Source of the DNA: a virus
DNA: 64,000 nucleotides
Strand: one strand, 5' to 3'
IMG/VR virus record: IMGVR_UViG_3300033407_000001
Coordinates: 7,824-71,823 of that record
A model generated the notes under the pieces. It saw only the letters and a program-made list of their open reading frames with translations, was not told the DNA's origin and made no database searches. Below are positions 38,812 to 47,537 of the stretch, one piece after another (the first letter of the stretch is position 1; the number at the start of each line of letters is the position of its first letter). Position numbers and translations under genes: made by a program.

Positions 38812-39285
38812 TCATGCCATCATCATTTCCCTGCCAGTAGGCCAGGAGTCAAGGCAGTCTTGGCAAAGCTTGTTAAACGGCGCGTAGATATCACCCCAAT
38901 GCTTTCCAGCCTCTTCGCTTCCAAAGTTCCAGGTGAACCCCTCTTCGTTGCACATGGAGATTGCCTCCTTCAAGCATTCCTTACTTCCTTCGATAACGGC
39001 TTTGATTCCTAAGTTGAAGGCGATGCCAGATTGCACGTACCAGTCGCCCTCAAGGTACGTCCCGTGGGTCTCTTGGACTCGTCGCATTTCCAAAGTCATC
39101 TCGGTGATGAAGTGAAATCGACGGTCTTGCTCCTTTCGGTCCTGGTTGGTCCATGAATTTTTGAACCTGGCAATGCCTTGGGATGTGAGCCAGTCTGTCA
39201 TGGTCATCCCTGAGCCACAGAAGTCGTCGCTGGCCGGGTTGAGCCATCCGAGGAGATCTTTCTTCTTTGGGCTGTCGCTACTCAT
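38812..39285 (-). CDS. Hypothetical protein
   Basis: Start moved to MSSDSP. Confidence 0.55.
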   Translation of the reverse strand: MSSDSPKKKDLLGWLNPASDDFCGSGMTMTDWLTSQGIARFKNSWTNQDRKEQDRRFHFITEMTLEMRRVQETHGTYLEGDWYVQSGIAFNLGIKAVIEGSKECLKEAISMCNEEGFTWNFGSEEAGKHWGDIYAPFNKLCQDCLDSWPTGREMMMA

Positions 39286-39607
39286 TGGTAGCGGCCTCTG
39301 GCGACATGACCAGGGACGTATCTTTGCCAATATTGATGATGTCTGAGATCTTAAGCAATGGATCTTCACCGGGGAGCGGGACATACCGACCGGTGCGAAG
39401 GTCATCGCAGTATTCCTTGACCAATTCCAATAGGCCCAGACGACTCTCGGATATGGTCTTATCGTCATTAGCCTGATACCCAGCCTCAAACCAGGACCAT
39501 GCTGTCTCCTTCGCTTCCAGAGAATAGGTACGACCCTCCATCTCCTTCTCAAAGGCCATTCCGGCAGGTGTTTTATGTATTGCGTCCCAATCAGTATAAT
39601 CAGTCAT
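39278..39607 (-). CDS. Hypothetical protein
   Basis: Class-A promoter places the start at MTDYT. Confidence 0.7.
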   Translation of the reverse strand: MTDYTDWDAIHKTPAGMAFEKEMEGRTYSLEAKETAWSWFEAGYQANDDKTISESRLGLLELVKEYCDDLRTGRYVPLPGEDPLLKISDIINIGKDTSLVMSPEAATNE

Positions 39608-39639
39608 AGTAGCTATCTCATGGCATATATCGTCAATTG

Positions 39640-39861
39640 TCAAGGTCGCGACCTGAGTCGCTGGATGACAGTGGCAAACCATTGCTTCTTAGTCGGAACT
39701 TGATGCGGCCTACTATTGGACGCACAGTCAGTGCAGAGGGCGACATCCTTTGGCGTATACCAGTGGGCAGTCAGCCTCATGCAGATAGCACATGGCTCAC
39801 GATCACAAGGGTCTTCGCACTTTGGATTTACGATGATTCTGAGAGACATACATCTGGCCAT
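39640..39861 (-). CDS. Small Cys-rich protein
   Basis: Tiling ORF. Confidence 0.5.
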   Translation of the reverse strand: MARCMSLRIIVNPKCEDPCDREPCAICMRLTAHWYTPKDVALCTDCASNSRPHQVPTKKQWFATVIQRLRSRP

Positions 39862-40274
39862 TACCGGCGGTTGTAGTGCTCATCTTTTAGAGCTTTCAGA
39901 TCAGCCTTCCTGGTCCGTATTTCAGCATTGAGCGTATCAAATACCATGGCACCAATTGACCCCTTGCTATTAAGCGCCGCCCCCATTGCAGATACAAAAA
40001 GGCTGCGCTTGGTCTGCGAGCAATCAACTAGACGCTTTGGTTCATCCCACTTCTGGTTAATAGAATCGAACTCATGGCTGATCAGATCCCAGTCTGGCTG
40101 TCCATTCCTTTCTTTCGGCATGCGTCCCCAGAATACAGCCGACGTGAGCTGGATTTTCACTTGTGGGTCATACGAGGACAGCTCGCATCGCATCTCGTTG
40201 ATTACTGAATTGATTTGATTGTTGAGTTCACCGAGATCTTTCTTCAGTTCCTCAATCTGTTCTTTCATAACCAT
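39861..40274 (-). CDS. Hypothetical protein
   Basis: Tiling ORF. Confidence 0.55.
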   Translation of the reverse strand: MVMKEQIEELKKDLGELNNQINSVINEMRCELSSYDPQVKIQLTSAVFWGRMPKERNGQPDWDLISHEFDSINQKWDEPKRLVDCSQTKRSLFVSAMGAALNSKGSIGAMVFDTLNAEIRTRKADLKALKDEHYNRR

Positions 40275-40599
40275 GTCAGATATCCCTTATGAATCGACCT
40301 GGATCGGAGAAGATCTCAGCCATGAGCAGGAGCGTCCTGGCGTCGATGTCACGTCGCTCCTGATCGATAATGGGCCAGAGCAGTGGTGGTTTCAGGCGAT
40401 TCATTGCTTCCTCCTGTGGCACTCTCCGCATAGTCTGCGGCAAGCTGATTCTGGGTAGCCAGGTGCTCGTATCTTCCATGATGACCCTGGTGCGGCTCGC
40501 GCTCCACAGATGGCGCACAGCGTAATGTTACGCTCAGGATCAAGCGTCACCTTAGCCTTTGCCTCTTCTAGGACCATAGCTAGCTCATCCAAGGCACTC

Positions 40600-40860
40600 T
40601 CAGCGCTGCGGCCCATAGGCTTGGCCTTCACTGGGAACCAGGCCCGTCTTTGAGTGCTCCATGACATCTGCGAGAGAGAATGTACCACTGCCGACGAGCA
40701 TTCCCTGGCAGAAGCCAAGCCATCGCATGGCCTTCGAGATGTCCCCATCCTCTGGAAATCTGTCTCGTATGGTGAAGAGAAGATATAGCTTATCCTCACC
40801 ATGTTCATTGGCTATCGCCTGGTATTGCTTGATGAGGTCAAGAGCGGTATCCCTGGTCAT
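40600..40860 (-). CDS. Phage hypothetical protein (KAMRWLGFCQG motif)
   Basis: Class-A promoter places the start at MTRDT. Confidence 0.7.
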   Translation of the reverse strand: MTRDTALDLIKQYQAIANEHGEDKLYLLFTIRDRFPEDGDISKAMRWLGFCQGMLVGSGTFSLADVMEHSKTGLVPSEGQAYGPQR

Positions 40861-40925
40861 GACTACGACTTGAAGGCATATATCGCCAATTGTCAAGGTC
40901 GCGACCTGCGCAAGCGCTTGCGTGA

Positions 40926-41282
40926 CTATTGTCTTCGATGTGGTCCGCCAGCGGCCTCTAAGGTTAGCCATAGTCCCACGGCAGCCTTGTTCCCAAGTCG
41001 ATGAGAGACCTGGACATCGTATTTCTCGGTAAGGGCCCCAAGAACCTCCAGAGGGATCAGGTAGCGACCCTTTGATGTCCAGAGAATCGGATCGAGTATG
41101 TCGGATGGGATGACTTCTCGCCCGAGGTGGTTAAATCCCATGACAAGGATATGCTCCTCTTCCATACATGATTCGCAGGGGATCTCCTGTTGGTCAGCCC
41201 CAGATGCCACAGGACAGTCGCTTTTCCCATACTTGCATCCATGCCGAAGGCAGCAGTGTTCTATGTGGGGCATGGTCCCCAT
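40926..41282 (-). CDS. Hypothetical protein (HCCLRHGCKYG motif)
   Basis: Tiling ORF. Confidence 0.6.
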   Translation of the reverse strand: MGTMPHIEHCCLRHGCKYGKSDCPVASGADQQEIPCESCMEEEHILVMGFNHLGREVIPSDILDPILWTSKGRYLIPLEVLGALTEKYDVQVSHRLGNKAAVGLWLTLEAAGGPHRRQ

Positions 41283-41453
41283 ACCCTCTTATGGAGAATG
41301 TCGAGGATCAAGGCAGATGGCCTGGGAGGATCTACAATCCGATAGTGACTCTTACAGGATTCACAGAAGAGGTAGGGGAGAATCCATGCCGTGGTGCAGT
41401 CGTATCGTTCCCTTGGCAAATAGCCGAGGGTCCAGACGCAGTCGCGATTTAAC

Positions 41454-41768
41454 CTATATTTCTTCATTGTCAAGGTCCGGGGCCTCCCGGAGCACGATGA
41501 TCTTGTATGCCTGATCAATAACGGAATCTATGGCCACGAGAACAGCTGGACCATTTACGGCGAGTTCATGGGCAATGTCGTCATCTTCGTAAGCACAAGT
41601 GATGCTCACGTTGGGGAGGCCAGGATGAACATTGAGCATCTCCATCTCGAAAGCCCCGCCGCCATCAATAGCAGCATGGGCCTTTTCCTCGATTTCTGGA
41701 GGACGTTCGATGGACTGGGGAGATTTACGTCCGTGAGGCATCAAGTATTGGGTGAATACGATAGACAT
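41454..41768 (-). CDS. Hypothetical protein
   Basis: Class-A promoter places the start at MSIVFTQY. Confidence 0.7.
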   Translation of the reverse strand: MSIVFTQYLMPHGRKSPQSIERPPEIEEKAHAAIDGGGAFEMEMLNVHPGLPNVSITCAYEDDDIAHELAVNGPAVLVAIDSVIDQAYKIIVLREAPDLDNEEI

Positions 41769-41940
41769 GGCTCCGACTTCAGGACATATATCGTCAATTG
41801 TCAAGAGTGCGACTGCTCTTCGTACTCTTCGTACTCTTCGTCTGCCAGTTGACACAGGCAGTCGTCGCAGAAGGTCTCATCTGGGTCAGTCATTTGCGCA
41901 TCGCACCGCTCACACAGCTGTGGTTGTGGCAAGGTTGCCA

Positions 41941-42180
41941 TCAGGTCTTATCTAGCGTTTTCAGGCTATGCTTCATGAATTTACCGATGCCAGGGGCGGA
42001 GACCAGCATCTCCATGATCACCTCAACCCCGTGACCTTCGGCCAGCGCGGCGTCCATTCCCCGGAGGATGCAGGAATATCGGTTAGCTAGGATCATGTCG
42101 TTTCGACGGCAGTCAAGACAGGTGCTGATTTCATCGGTGCAGCCGCAGATGTCGCATGGGTCGGCAGAGCTTCGTGTCAT
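41941..42180 (-). CDS. Small Cys-rich protein
   Basis: Tiling ORF. Confidence 0.5.
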   Translation of the reverse strand: MTRSSADPCDICGCTDEISTCLDCRRNDMILANRYSCILRGMDAALAEGHGVEVIMEMLVSAPGIGKFMKHSLKTLDKT

Positions 42181-42189
42181 CGGTTAGCC

Positions 42190-42732
42190 TCAGGCTGTTT
42201 CATAGTAGCTAGGTCCATTGGTGCCCTGCTTCTCAAACCATCTATGGATCACATCATAGTGCAGGGAGAAAGCGAACTCATCTTTTAGCCCTTCAGATCC
42301 GTAGATGATACCTCTCTCTGAGACTTCCTCGTTGGGCTTGAATGGAGGGAGCGAGTAGTCCACGTCGATGCCATCGGCTTCACCGAAGAGAAGGATACGG
42401 TTTGGCCTGGGTTTGGTTGAAGAGATCCAGAAGGGGACTATGTTGCTTACCGATAGCCCTGTCTCTTCTCGAACCTCACGGATACCTGCCTGCACCCAAG
42501 GCTCATCCCTATCAACAAATCCTCCTGGAAGCGCTAACTTACCCTTTCCAGGCTCAATGCCACGGCGCACCGTGAGAAGTCCAAGTCCACGCACACTCGG
42601 CAGGGGTACCAGTACAACGGTAACTGGTACCGGGTTCTCCCAGACGATGAAACCGCAGGAAAGACAGGAGGGATGAAGGGAGCCATCTGGTGCATGGATG
42701 GTCCCGCATTTTGGGCAAAAGCTTCGTGTCAT
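42190..42732 (-). CDS. Nudix hydrolase with N-terminal Zn ribbon
   Basis: FCPKCG...CLSCG..WENP; LPGGFVDRDE...REVREETG; class-A promoter. Confidence 0.92.
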   Translation of the reverse strand: MTRSFCPKCGTIHAPDGSLHPSCLSCGFIVWENPVPVTVVLVPLPSVRGLGLLTVRRGIEPGKGKLALPGGFVDRDEPWVQAGIREVREETGLSVSNIVPFWISSTKPRPNRILLFGEADGIDVDYSLPPFKPNEEVSERGIIYGSEGLKDEFAFSLHYDVIHRWFEKQGTNGPSYYETA

Positions 42733-42758
42733 TGATTTAGACTTCAAGACATATATCT

Positions 42759-42995
42759 TCAATTGTCAAGGAGCCGACACTTTTCCTCATGGAGCCTAGC
42801 GAGTTCACGTCGATGACGAGTAATGTCATCGTCCCGTTGTCGGCAGCGGGTGCAATAGAAAATATTTCCCTCTGGTAATAGTTTATGACTGTAGGTCACA
42901 TCTCCACAGGAGAGAGTTATCAGGTAGAGGCCAGTCTTAACCTTCCCCTGCTTCTTGATCGTTTGCCCGTAGTTGGTTCTTGTTTTGAAACCCAT
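42759..42995 (-). CDS. Hypothetical protein
   Basis: Class-A promoter; start MGFKTR. Confidence 0.55.
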   Translation of the reverse strand: MGFKTRTNYGQTIKKQGKVKTGLYLITLSCGDVTYSHKLLPEGNIFYCTRCRQRDDDITRHRRELARLHEEKCRLLDN

Positions 42996-43039
42996 AAATG
43001 GAATCCTCGACATATATCTGCAATTGTCAATGTCGCGGC

Positions 43040-43336
43040 TCAGATGGCCAATACACAGAACTGATGATGCTTCTCGGCGGGCCATGGCTCATCCTCTGGA
43101 CCCTTGGCCTGCGTCCCGCAGATACCGCATCGCGTGAAGCGATAAGGTTTATCTGGGCTCCACCCCATGTCATTTGGATCTACCTCTGGATAGTGAGTGC
43201 GACGAAGAATAGCCTGCTCGCGGACCAGATCTAGCTTCGCTGATAGGTTTTTCACCTCCAGCAAGAGGGCGTTCCGCTCCTCGATTATTGCCAAAGCATT
43301 GTCTACCTGCACATCATCTAGCTTCACTGAGATCAC
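43040..43336 (-). CDS. Hypothetical protein
   Basis: Tiling ORF. Confidence 0.55.
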   Translation of the reverse strand: MISVKLDDVQVDNALAIIEERNALLLEVKNLSAKLDLVREQAILRRTHYPEVDPNDMGWSPDKPYRFTRCGICGTQAKGPEDEPWPAEKHHQFCVLAI

Positions 43337-43536
43337 TCCCTATTGCTGGCTTTTGCCTTCTCAGCGGCAGCCATCAAAGCTCTCCCAAGCCTCTCAGCCT
43401 CGACAGGGGTCAGCATAATGTCTTCAATGAAGTCATTATGCTGCCAGATGGTCACCAGTGGTCTACCCGTAAATGCATCATGAGTTGCATCTACGATGAT
43501 TTCCGGGTTATGCCGACATTTGATGCTCTTGCCCAT
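43333..43536 (-). CDS. Hypothetical protein
   Basis: Class-A promoter; start MGKSIK. Confidence 0.65.
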   Translation of the reverse strand: MGKSIKCRHNPEIIVDATHDAFTGRPLVTIWQHNDFIEDIMLTPVEAERLGRALMAAAEKAKASNRE

Positions 43537-43568
43537 ACTGTTCACTTCAAGACATATATCTTCAATTG

Positions 43569-43877
43569 TCAAGGTCGCGGATGGTCATCTTCACTATGAT
43601 CCACAGGACCACAGCAGTTCAGGGCTGAACACTGAAAACCACCAGGTGAAGTAACCAGGCGGTCAACTACTTCTCTCTTTCCACAAATATTAAGCAAAAC
43701 ACTCTCCAGAGAGATGCTGAGTGCGAATGGTAGAAGCAGTAGACATCTTGAGGCTAGGCTAGGAAGTGTTTCCATGTACTCATTTTCGATTTTTTCGATA
43801 ATGACGTGTTCGTACCGGCAGTCGCAGACTGAATCTCCTACTTTCAGGGACATCACCCAGTCCAGTCGTTCACTCAT
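43569..43877 (-). CDS. Hypothetical protein
   Basis: Tiling ORF. Confidence 0.55.
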   Translation of the reverse strand: MSERLDWVMSLKVGDSVCDCRYEHVIIEKIENEYMETLPSLASRCLLLLPFALSISLESVLLNICGKREVVDRLVTSPGGFQCSALNCCGPVDHSEDDHPRP

Positions 43878-44131
43878 CAGCTGAGATTGTCACTCTGCTC
43901 TGTGAGCCAGGGAATAATCTTGTCGATTTCCCCTGGCGCCTGGTGCGAGGTGAAGACATCGAAGCCACCCATTTCGTAGACGAGGAAGATCACTGGCAAT
44001 TGGCCAACGAGCCAGCACTCCGCCATGTGGTCTGGTCCTCGAACGTTTGATTGCCAAAGGCAGCGAGACTCTGCAGCCAGCAGAAGCTTCTCGAATTGTT
44101 CCCATTGTTGATTTGGTTTCTTTTTCTTCAT
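43877..44131 (-). CDS. Hypothetical protein
   Basis: Tandem class-A plus class-B promoter. Confidence 0.75.
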   Translation of the reverse strand: MKKKKPNQQWEQFEKLLLAAESRCLWQSNVRGPDHMAECWLVGQLPVIFLVYEMGGFDVFTSHQAPGEIDKIIPWLTEQSDNLS

Positions 44132-44194
44132 ATCCAGTAAACACTTCAGCTCTCGTGGAATTTCACCTATATCTCACAATTGTCAACGGCGCGG

Positions 44195-44404
44195 CTATGT
44201 TCCCCATCCAGGAAACAACTTCTTGGCTATCCCTTCCAGGTGCTGTGCGTGTGATAGGTGCCAGTCGAGTTGGCTTTGCGTGATTTCCCCGGCAACATGG
44301 GATAAGCGGGCCTCTTCACGATGCTTTGTGATTGCCTCCCGAAGAAGTGACGCGAGGTTTTCGCGTTCAAAGTCGTCTAGCTCATTCATCTTCACCCATT
44401 GCAC
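44195..44404 (-). CDS. Hypothetical protein
   Basis: Tiling ORF. Confidence 0.5.
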   Translation of the reverse strand: MQWVKMNELDDFERENLASLLREAITKHREEARLSHVAGEITQSQLDWHLSHAQHLEGIAKKLFPGWGT

Positions 44405-44588
44405 GCTCGTAGGCGATCACCGCCTCATAGAGGCTCGTGGTCTTGAAGCCCATGGCAGCAACCTTTGCGCAGAGGGAGTCAGGGCCAGAGAATGGAAGCA
44501 TGCCTTCGGCGCAGTCCTTGATGAGGGACCCGATGGTGTCGTTCCTGGGTACAAGGATGAGTTGCGGATCACTACTGTTTGATTGCAT
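44382..44588 (-). CDS. Hypothetical protein
   Basis: Class-A promoter. Confidence 0.6.
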   Translation of the reverse strand: MQSNSSDPQLILVPRNDTIGSLIKDCAEGMLPFSGPDSLCAKVAAMGFKTTSLYEAVIAYERAMGEDE

Positions 44589-44618
44589 GCCTCACTTCAA
44601 GACATATATCTGCAATTG

Positions 44619-44891
44619 TCAAGGGCGCGGTTTAAGGTTATCATCGAAGAAAACAAGCCATTGGTCCCTGGAGAGACCAGTAGCTAAGGTGAGAGGAGCC
44701 TTCGCCCATGCAACCATAATGAGGTCACAGAGTATCTCGTCGGAGGTTGTTTCCATGACGTTGAAGAAGTAGGGGCGGTCACCGCTGAACTCTTCGGCCA
44801 ATTCGTTGATGGCATCCTGGGTAGCGCAGCACTCCAGCTCGCTTTTGCCAATGAGTCTCGTAAGGAAGTTCTGTGTGATTTGTCGTTCCAT
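44619..44891 (-). CDS. Hypothetical protein
   Basis: Tandem class-A plus class-B promoter; start MERQI. Confidence 0.7.
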   Translation of the reverse strand: MERQITQNFLTRLIGKSELECCATQDAINELAEEFSGDRPYFFNVMETTSDEILCDLIMVAWAKAPLTLATGLSRDQWLVFFDDNLKPRP

Positions 44892-45057
44892 ATTCAGTAA
44901 ACACCTGAGGCCCCGTACAATTTCACCTATATTTAGCAATTATCAAGGGCGCGGGTAGATGGAACTAAAAAAGAAACCTCTGAAAGATTACCTAACCCCA
45001 ATAGAAGATCAGAAGAAGAACCAAAGGAAGAAGGAAAAGCAAAACCACTGCTGTCAC

Positions 45058-45093
45058 GTCTCGTAATCAAAGCCAACGAGCAAGCTTGTTCAG
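45058..45093 (-). CRISPR. Solitary CRISPR repeat of the array type (unit C)
   Basis: Plus strand GTCTCGTAATCAAAGCCAACGAGCAAGCTTGTTCAG, 28/29 identical to array repeat 1; TTGACA (45136-45141)-N17-TGTAGT upstream; no second repeat nearby. Confidence 0.88.
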
Positions 45094-45950
45094 AAAGACA
45101 CTTCGTCAAAGAACTACATCACCTGCTATTTCCATTGTCAATATTTCTAAGGGTGCAGTATCGCGAGGGCTTAGTATGAAAGTATTTTCCTGGACAATAG
45201 CAGATGATGTATTAAGGGGGAATTGTCCATAAAATCGATCCCTTGATCCATTGGCAGATGATCTGGTAATCATAAGGGGTGATGATGAAAATACTTTCAT
45301 GGTTGATTTTGTAACACTGGGTAATTGCTGGAGTTAGGTGGTTGGATATAGTGGGAGGATCTGCTTTCGGCCTCCCTCGCCGGGGCAAAAAAGTTCACAA
45401 AAGATCGAACGCAAATGGACGCAAGTGCAGGAAAACTCCTGAGTTTTCCGAATTTCTCACTGTTCAGGGGAGGGTCAAAAGCTAACGCAAACGAGCCCTG
45501 CATTGTCAAAGCGATTGTCAAGGCAGGGCTCGGATCAGGAAAACTCCTGAGTTTTCCTTATGTATCAGGGAGGTAGTGGTTAGGTTATGGTCTCGTCCCA
45601 GACTGCCCCGTGTTGGCTCCAGGGTAGACAAGCGTCTGAGTTTTCTCTAGGCCCCTACGAGGAAAACTCAAGCCATCACCACTGCTTACCTCTGGGCGCT
45701 CGTCCAGCTCCTTCTTTTTCCTCTTGCCAGCAGCGACTAGATCTCTACCTTCAGCTATAAGCTTCCTGAACATAGCTTGAGTATACCATGAACCCCCAAA
45801 TGGGTGTACCTTGACAATGCAGATCTGATCTCATCCTGAAAAGTTCAAATCCTCGGGGTTTTTCTAACTAACTACCTGAAATGTCGTCATTGACAATTGC
45901 TCGGATTACCAATAATCCACCCTTTCTCTACTATATAAAAACAGATACTT

Positions 45951-46817
45951 ATGGCACCCAAACGCGGCACTGGTGATATTTCAGTCAAACAGGAGGTGTA
46001 TGAAGCCTATCGGGCTCACTGCACAACCCATGAACTCTCGATGCGGAGGGAGATGGATAAGCTGATCGATGGGGTGCTTGATGGTGACCTGAGTTCAGAG
46101 AATGCTCATTGGGCAGCTGTGAATGCGGAGAAGAGGAAGCGGAAGAAGGAACCCACTTTCCGGGAGTCAGTCAGGGAATTCGCTTCCAAAAATGACAAGG
46201 TTCCACCTGAGATTCGGGCTCTGTCTGGTGTGCCAGCTCTGGTTGAGCGTGAGCCAACCAAGGCTGAGCTAATCTCCACTGAGGAGATTCTCGCCAACTT
46301 CTATCGTATTTTTGACGATGGATGTCCCTTTGGTCAGGCGGACCCCTACTTCGTCAAGGTGCTCAGGAAAGATCCGGTGCCAGTTGATGTCACCATTGAG
46401 CTTGGCCTGCCAGCCGCTGATGCTGCCCGCACTGCAAAAGACTTCAAGCTTGAGCCGCAAGATCATCCTGAGCCCTCGCCTATGCCAAGGCCGAGCGCTG
46501 AGCTATTCAAGACAGACCCGGAGATTGCTGAACTCGATGCAGAGATTCAGGCTCGTGTTGCAGACGCCAAGCAGCGAGGGTTGGTATCCAAGCCAACCAA
46601 GGCTGAGTGGGATGCTGAGCTTAGGGAGGAAGCCTTGAAGAAGATGAGGCCGTACCACGCTGGCCCAGCTCTGTTCTCGCCCGAGGGCCTAGAAGAGGCA
46701 AAGGCCGCCCCGAAGGACGACCCTGTTACTCCATCTGCACCTGGCAGGCGAGATATGGGAACCGTATCACTTGGGGAGTTGAAAAGCTGCATCGATCCTA
46801 CTTGGGGCAAGAAGTAA
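45951..46817 (+). CDS. Protein with N-terminal ribbon-helix-helix-like DNA-binding domain and Pro/Ala-rich tail
   Basis: DISV-KQEVYEAYRAHC-LSMRREMDKLIDG strand-helix-helix pattern; TTGACA...TAAT promoter at about 45891. Confidence 0.5.
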   Translation: MAPKRGTGDISVKQEVYEAYRAHCTTHELSMRREMDKLIDGVLDGDLSSENAHWAAVNAEKRKRKKEPTFRESVREFASKNDKVPPEIRALSGVPALVEREPTKAELISTEEILANFYRIFDDGCPFGQADPYFVKVLRKDPVPVDVTIELGLPAADAARTAKDFKLEPQDHPEPSPMPRPSAELFKTDPEIAELDAEIQARVADAKQRGLVSKPTKAEWDAELREEALKKMRPYHAGPALFSPEGLEEAKAAPKDDPVTPSAPGRRDMGTVSLGELKSCIDPTWGKK

Positions 46818-47537
46818 TCTCTGCTAGAGTAGAATCTTGCTCGCTTCGGTGGGTTTCGGCGCTGCATATGTTTGACTTGATGCACCAGGACCAGGTTTTT
46901 TTGATCGCATATTGTTTCCCTGGTCCGACTTCATAGGGTGAGTAGTCGGTCTTCACTTCAATTGAGTCATACCGGCAACACGTTTGAAGGCTACCTTCCT
47001 GCAAGAGGGTAGCCTTCCTTGTTTTCGGTAGATCTTCCGTGTAGGGTCGCCTCACTCCCATAGTAGCGACTATAGGAGCCCGGCACTGAAGTCTCGCCGT
47101 TTGTGCGATGTATCAGTGCCGGGGTTTCATTTGAGCAGGTAACGTTTTGCCCTTTTGTTACCTTTGACTCCCAAGTAGCCATGATCAAACACTTACGATC
47201 ATGGGCGCTTCCCCAGGTCATAGTGGGTGGATGATCTGTCCTCGCTGTTAATATCGTGAGCGTCTACCAACCTGTAGACGATCTGTCTACTACACTAGAG
47301 ACACCCACCGTATATGGATCAGGAAAACTCCTGAGTTTTCCATTCCTCCCCTGGAAAATCCTGGCCAAATTTTTGGCGCGGCGGAGCGCTGTTCAATGTC
47401 AGACTGTCTGGCTGTTCAGTATGGGTGTGTGCGATAAGTAGGATATGGAAAACTCAGGGCTCCTGCCCGGCGCCCGATCGGGCGGCCAGTCTGGGACAAA
47501 GCCTGAAATTCTGTCTGGTCTGAGGTGTTTACATACT

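Larger units (their letters stand above)
36084..44952 (-). promoter_or_regulatory. Class-A promoter family CGCGnCC-TTGACAATT-nnnGATATA(T/G)G-...-T(G/C)ARRT-N5-8-ATG
   Basis: TTGACA boxes (plus-strand TGTCAA) at 39638, 40891, 41799, 42764, 43025, 43567, 44617; related copies near 36090, 37700, 41470, 44180, 44940 and at 764, 3475, 8812, 10797, 33024, 33134, 45136. Confidence 0.8.

Noticed and set aside
40968-40977. 10-nt match to the putative guide of solo unit A
   Set aside because: Too short, seed positions 1-4 mismatch; expected by chance
795-44772. Many plus-strand ORFs antisense to the minus-strand gene block, and antisense ORFs in 46-64 kb
   Set aside because: Fully overlap better-supported genes and lack motifs or promoters; shadow ORFs
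45106-45773. ORFs 45106..45300, 45297..45521 and 45585..45773
   Set aside because: Overlap promoter boxes and palindromes, no motif support; region treated as regulatory, though small genes cannot be excluded
45843-45852. GTTCAAATCC T-loop-like motif
   Set aside because: No T-stem or cloverleaf; no tRNA could be supported anywhere in the window
47510-47537. GAGGTG in the class-B motif as a Shine-Dalgarno sequence
   Set aside because: Replaced by AAGTG, GCGTG or TAGGTG in many copies, while TGAAATT, GTGTTTA and the spacing stay fixed; fits a promoter better
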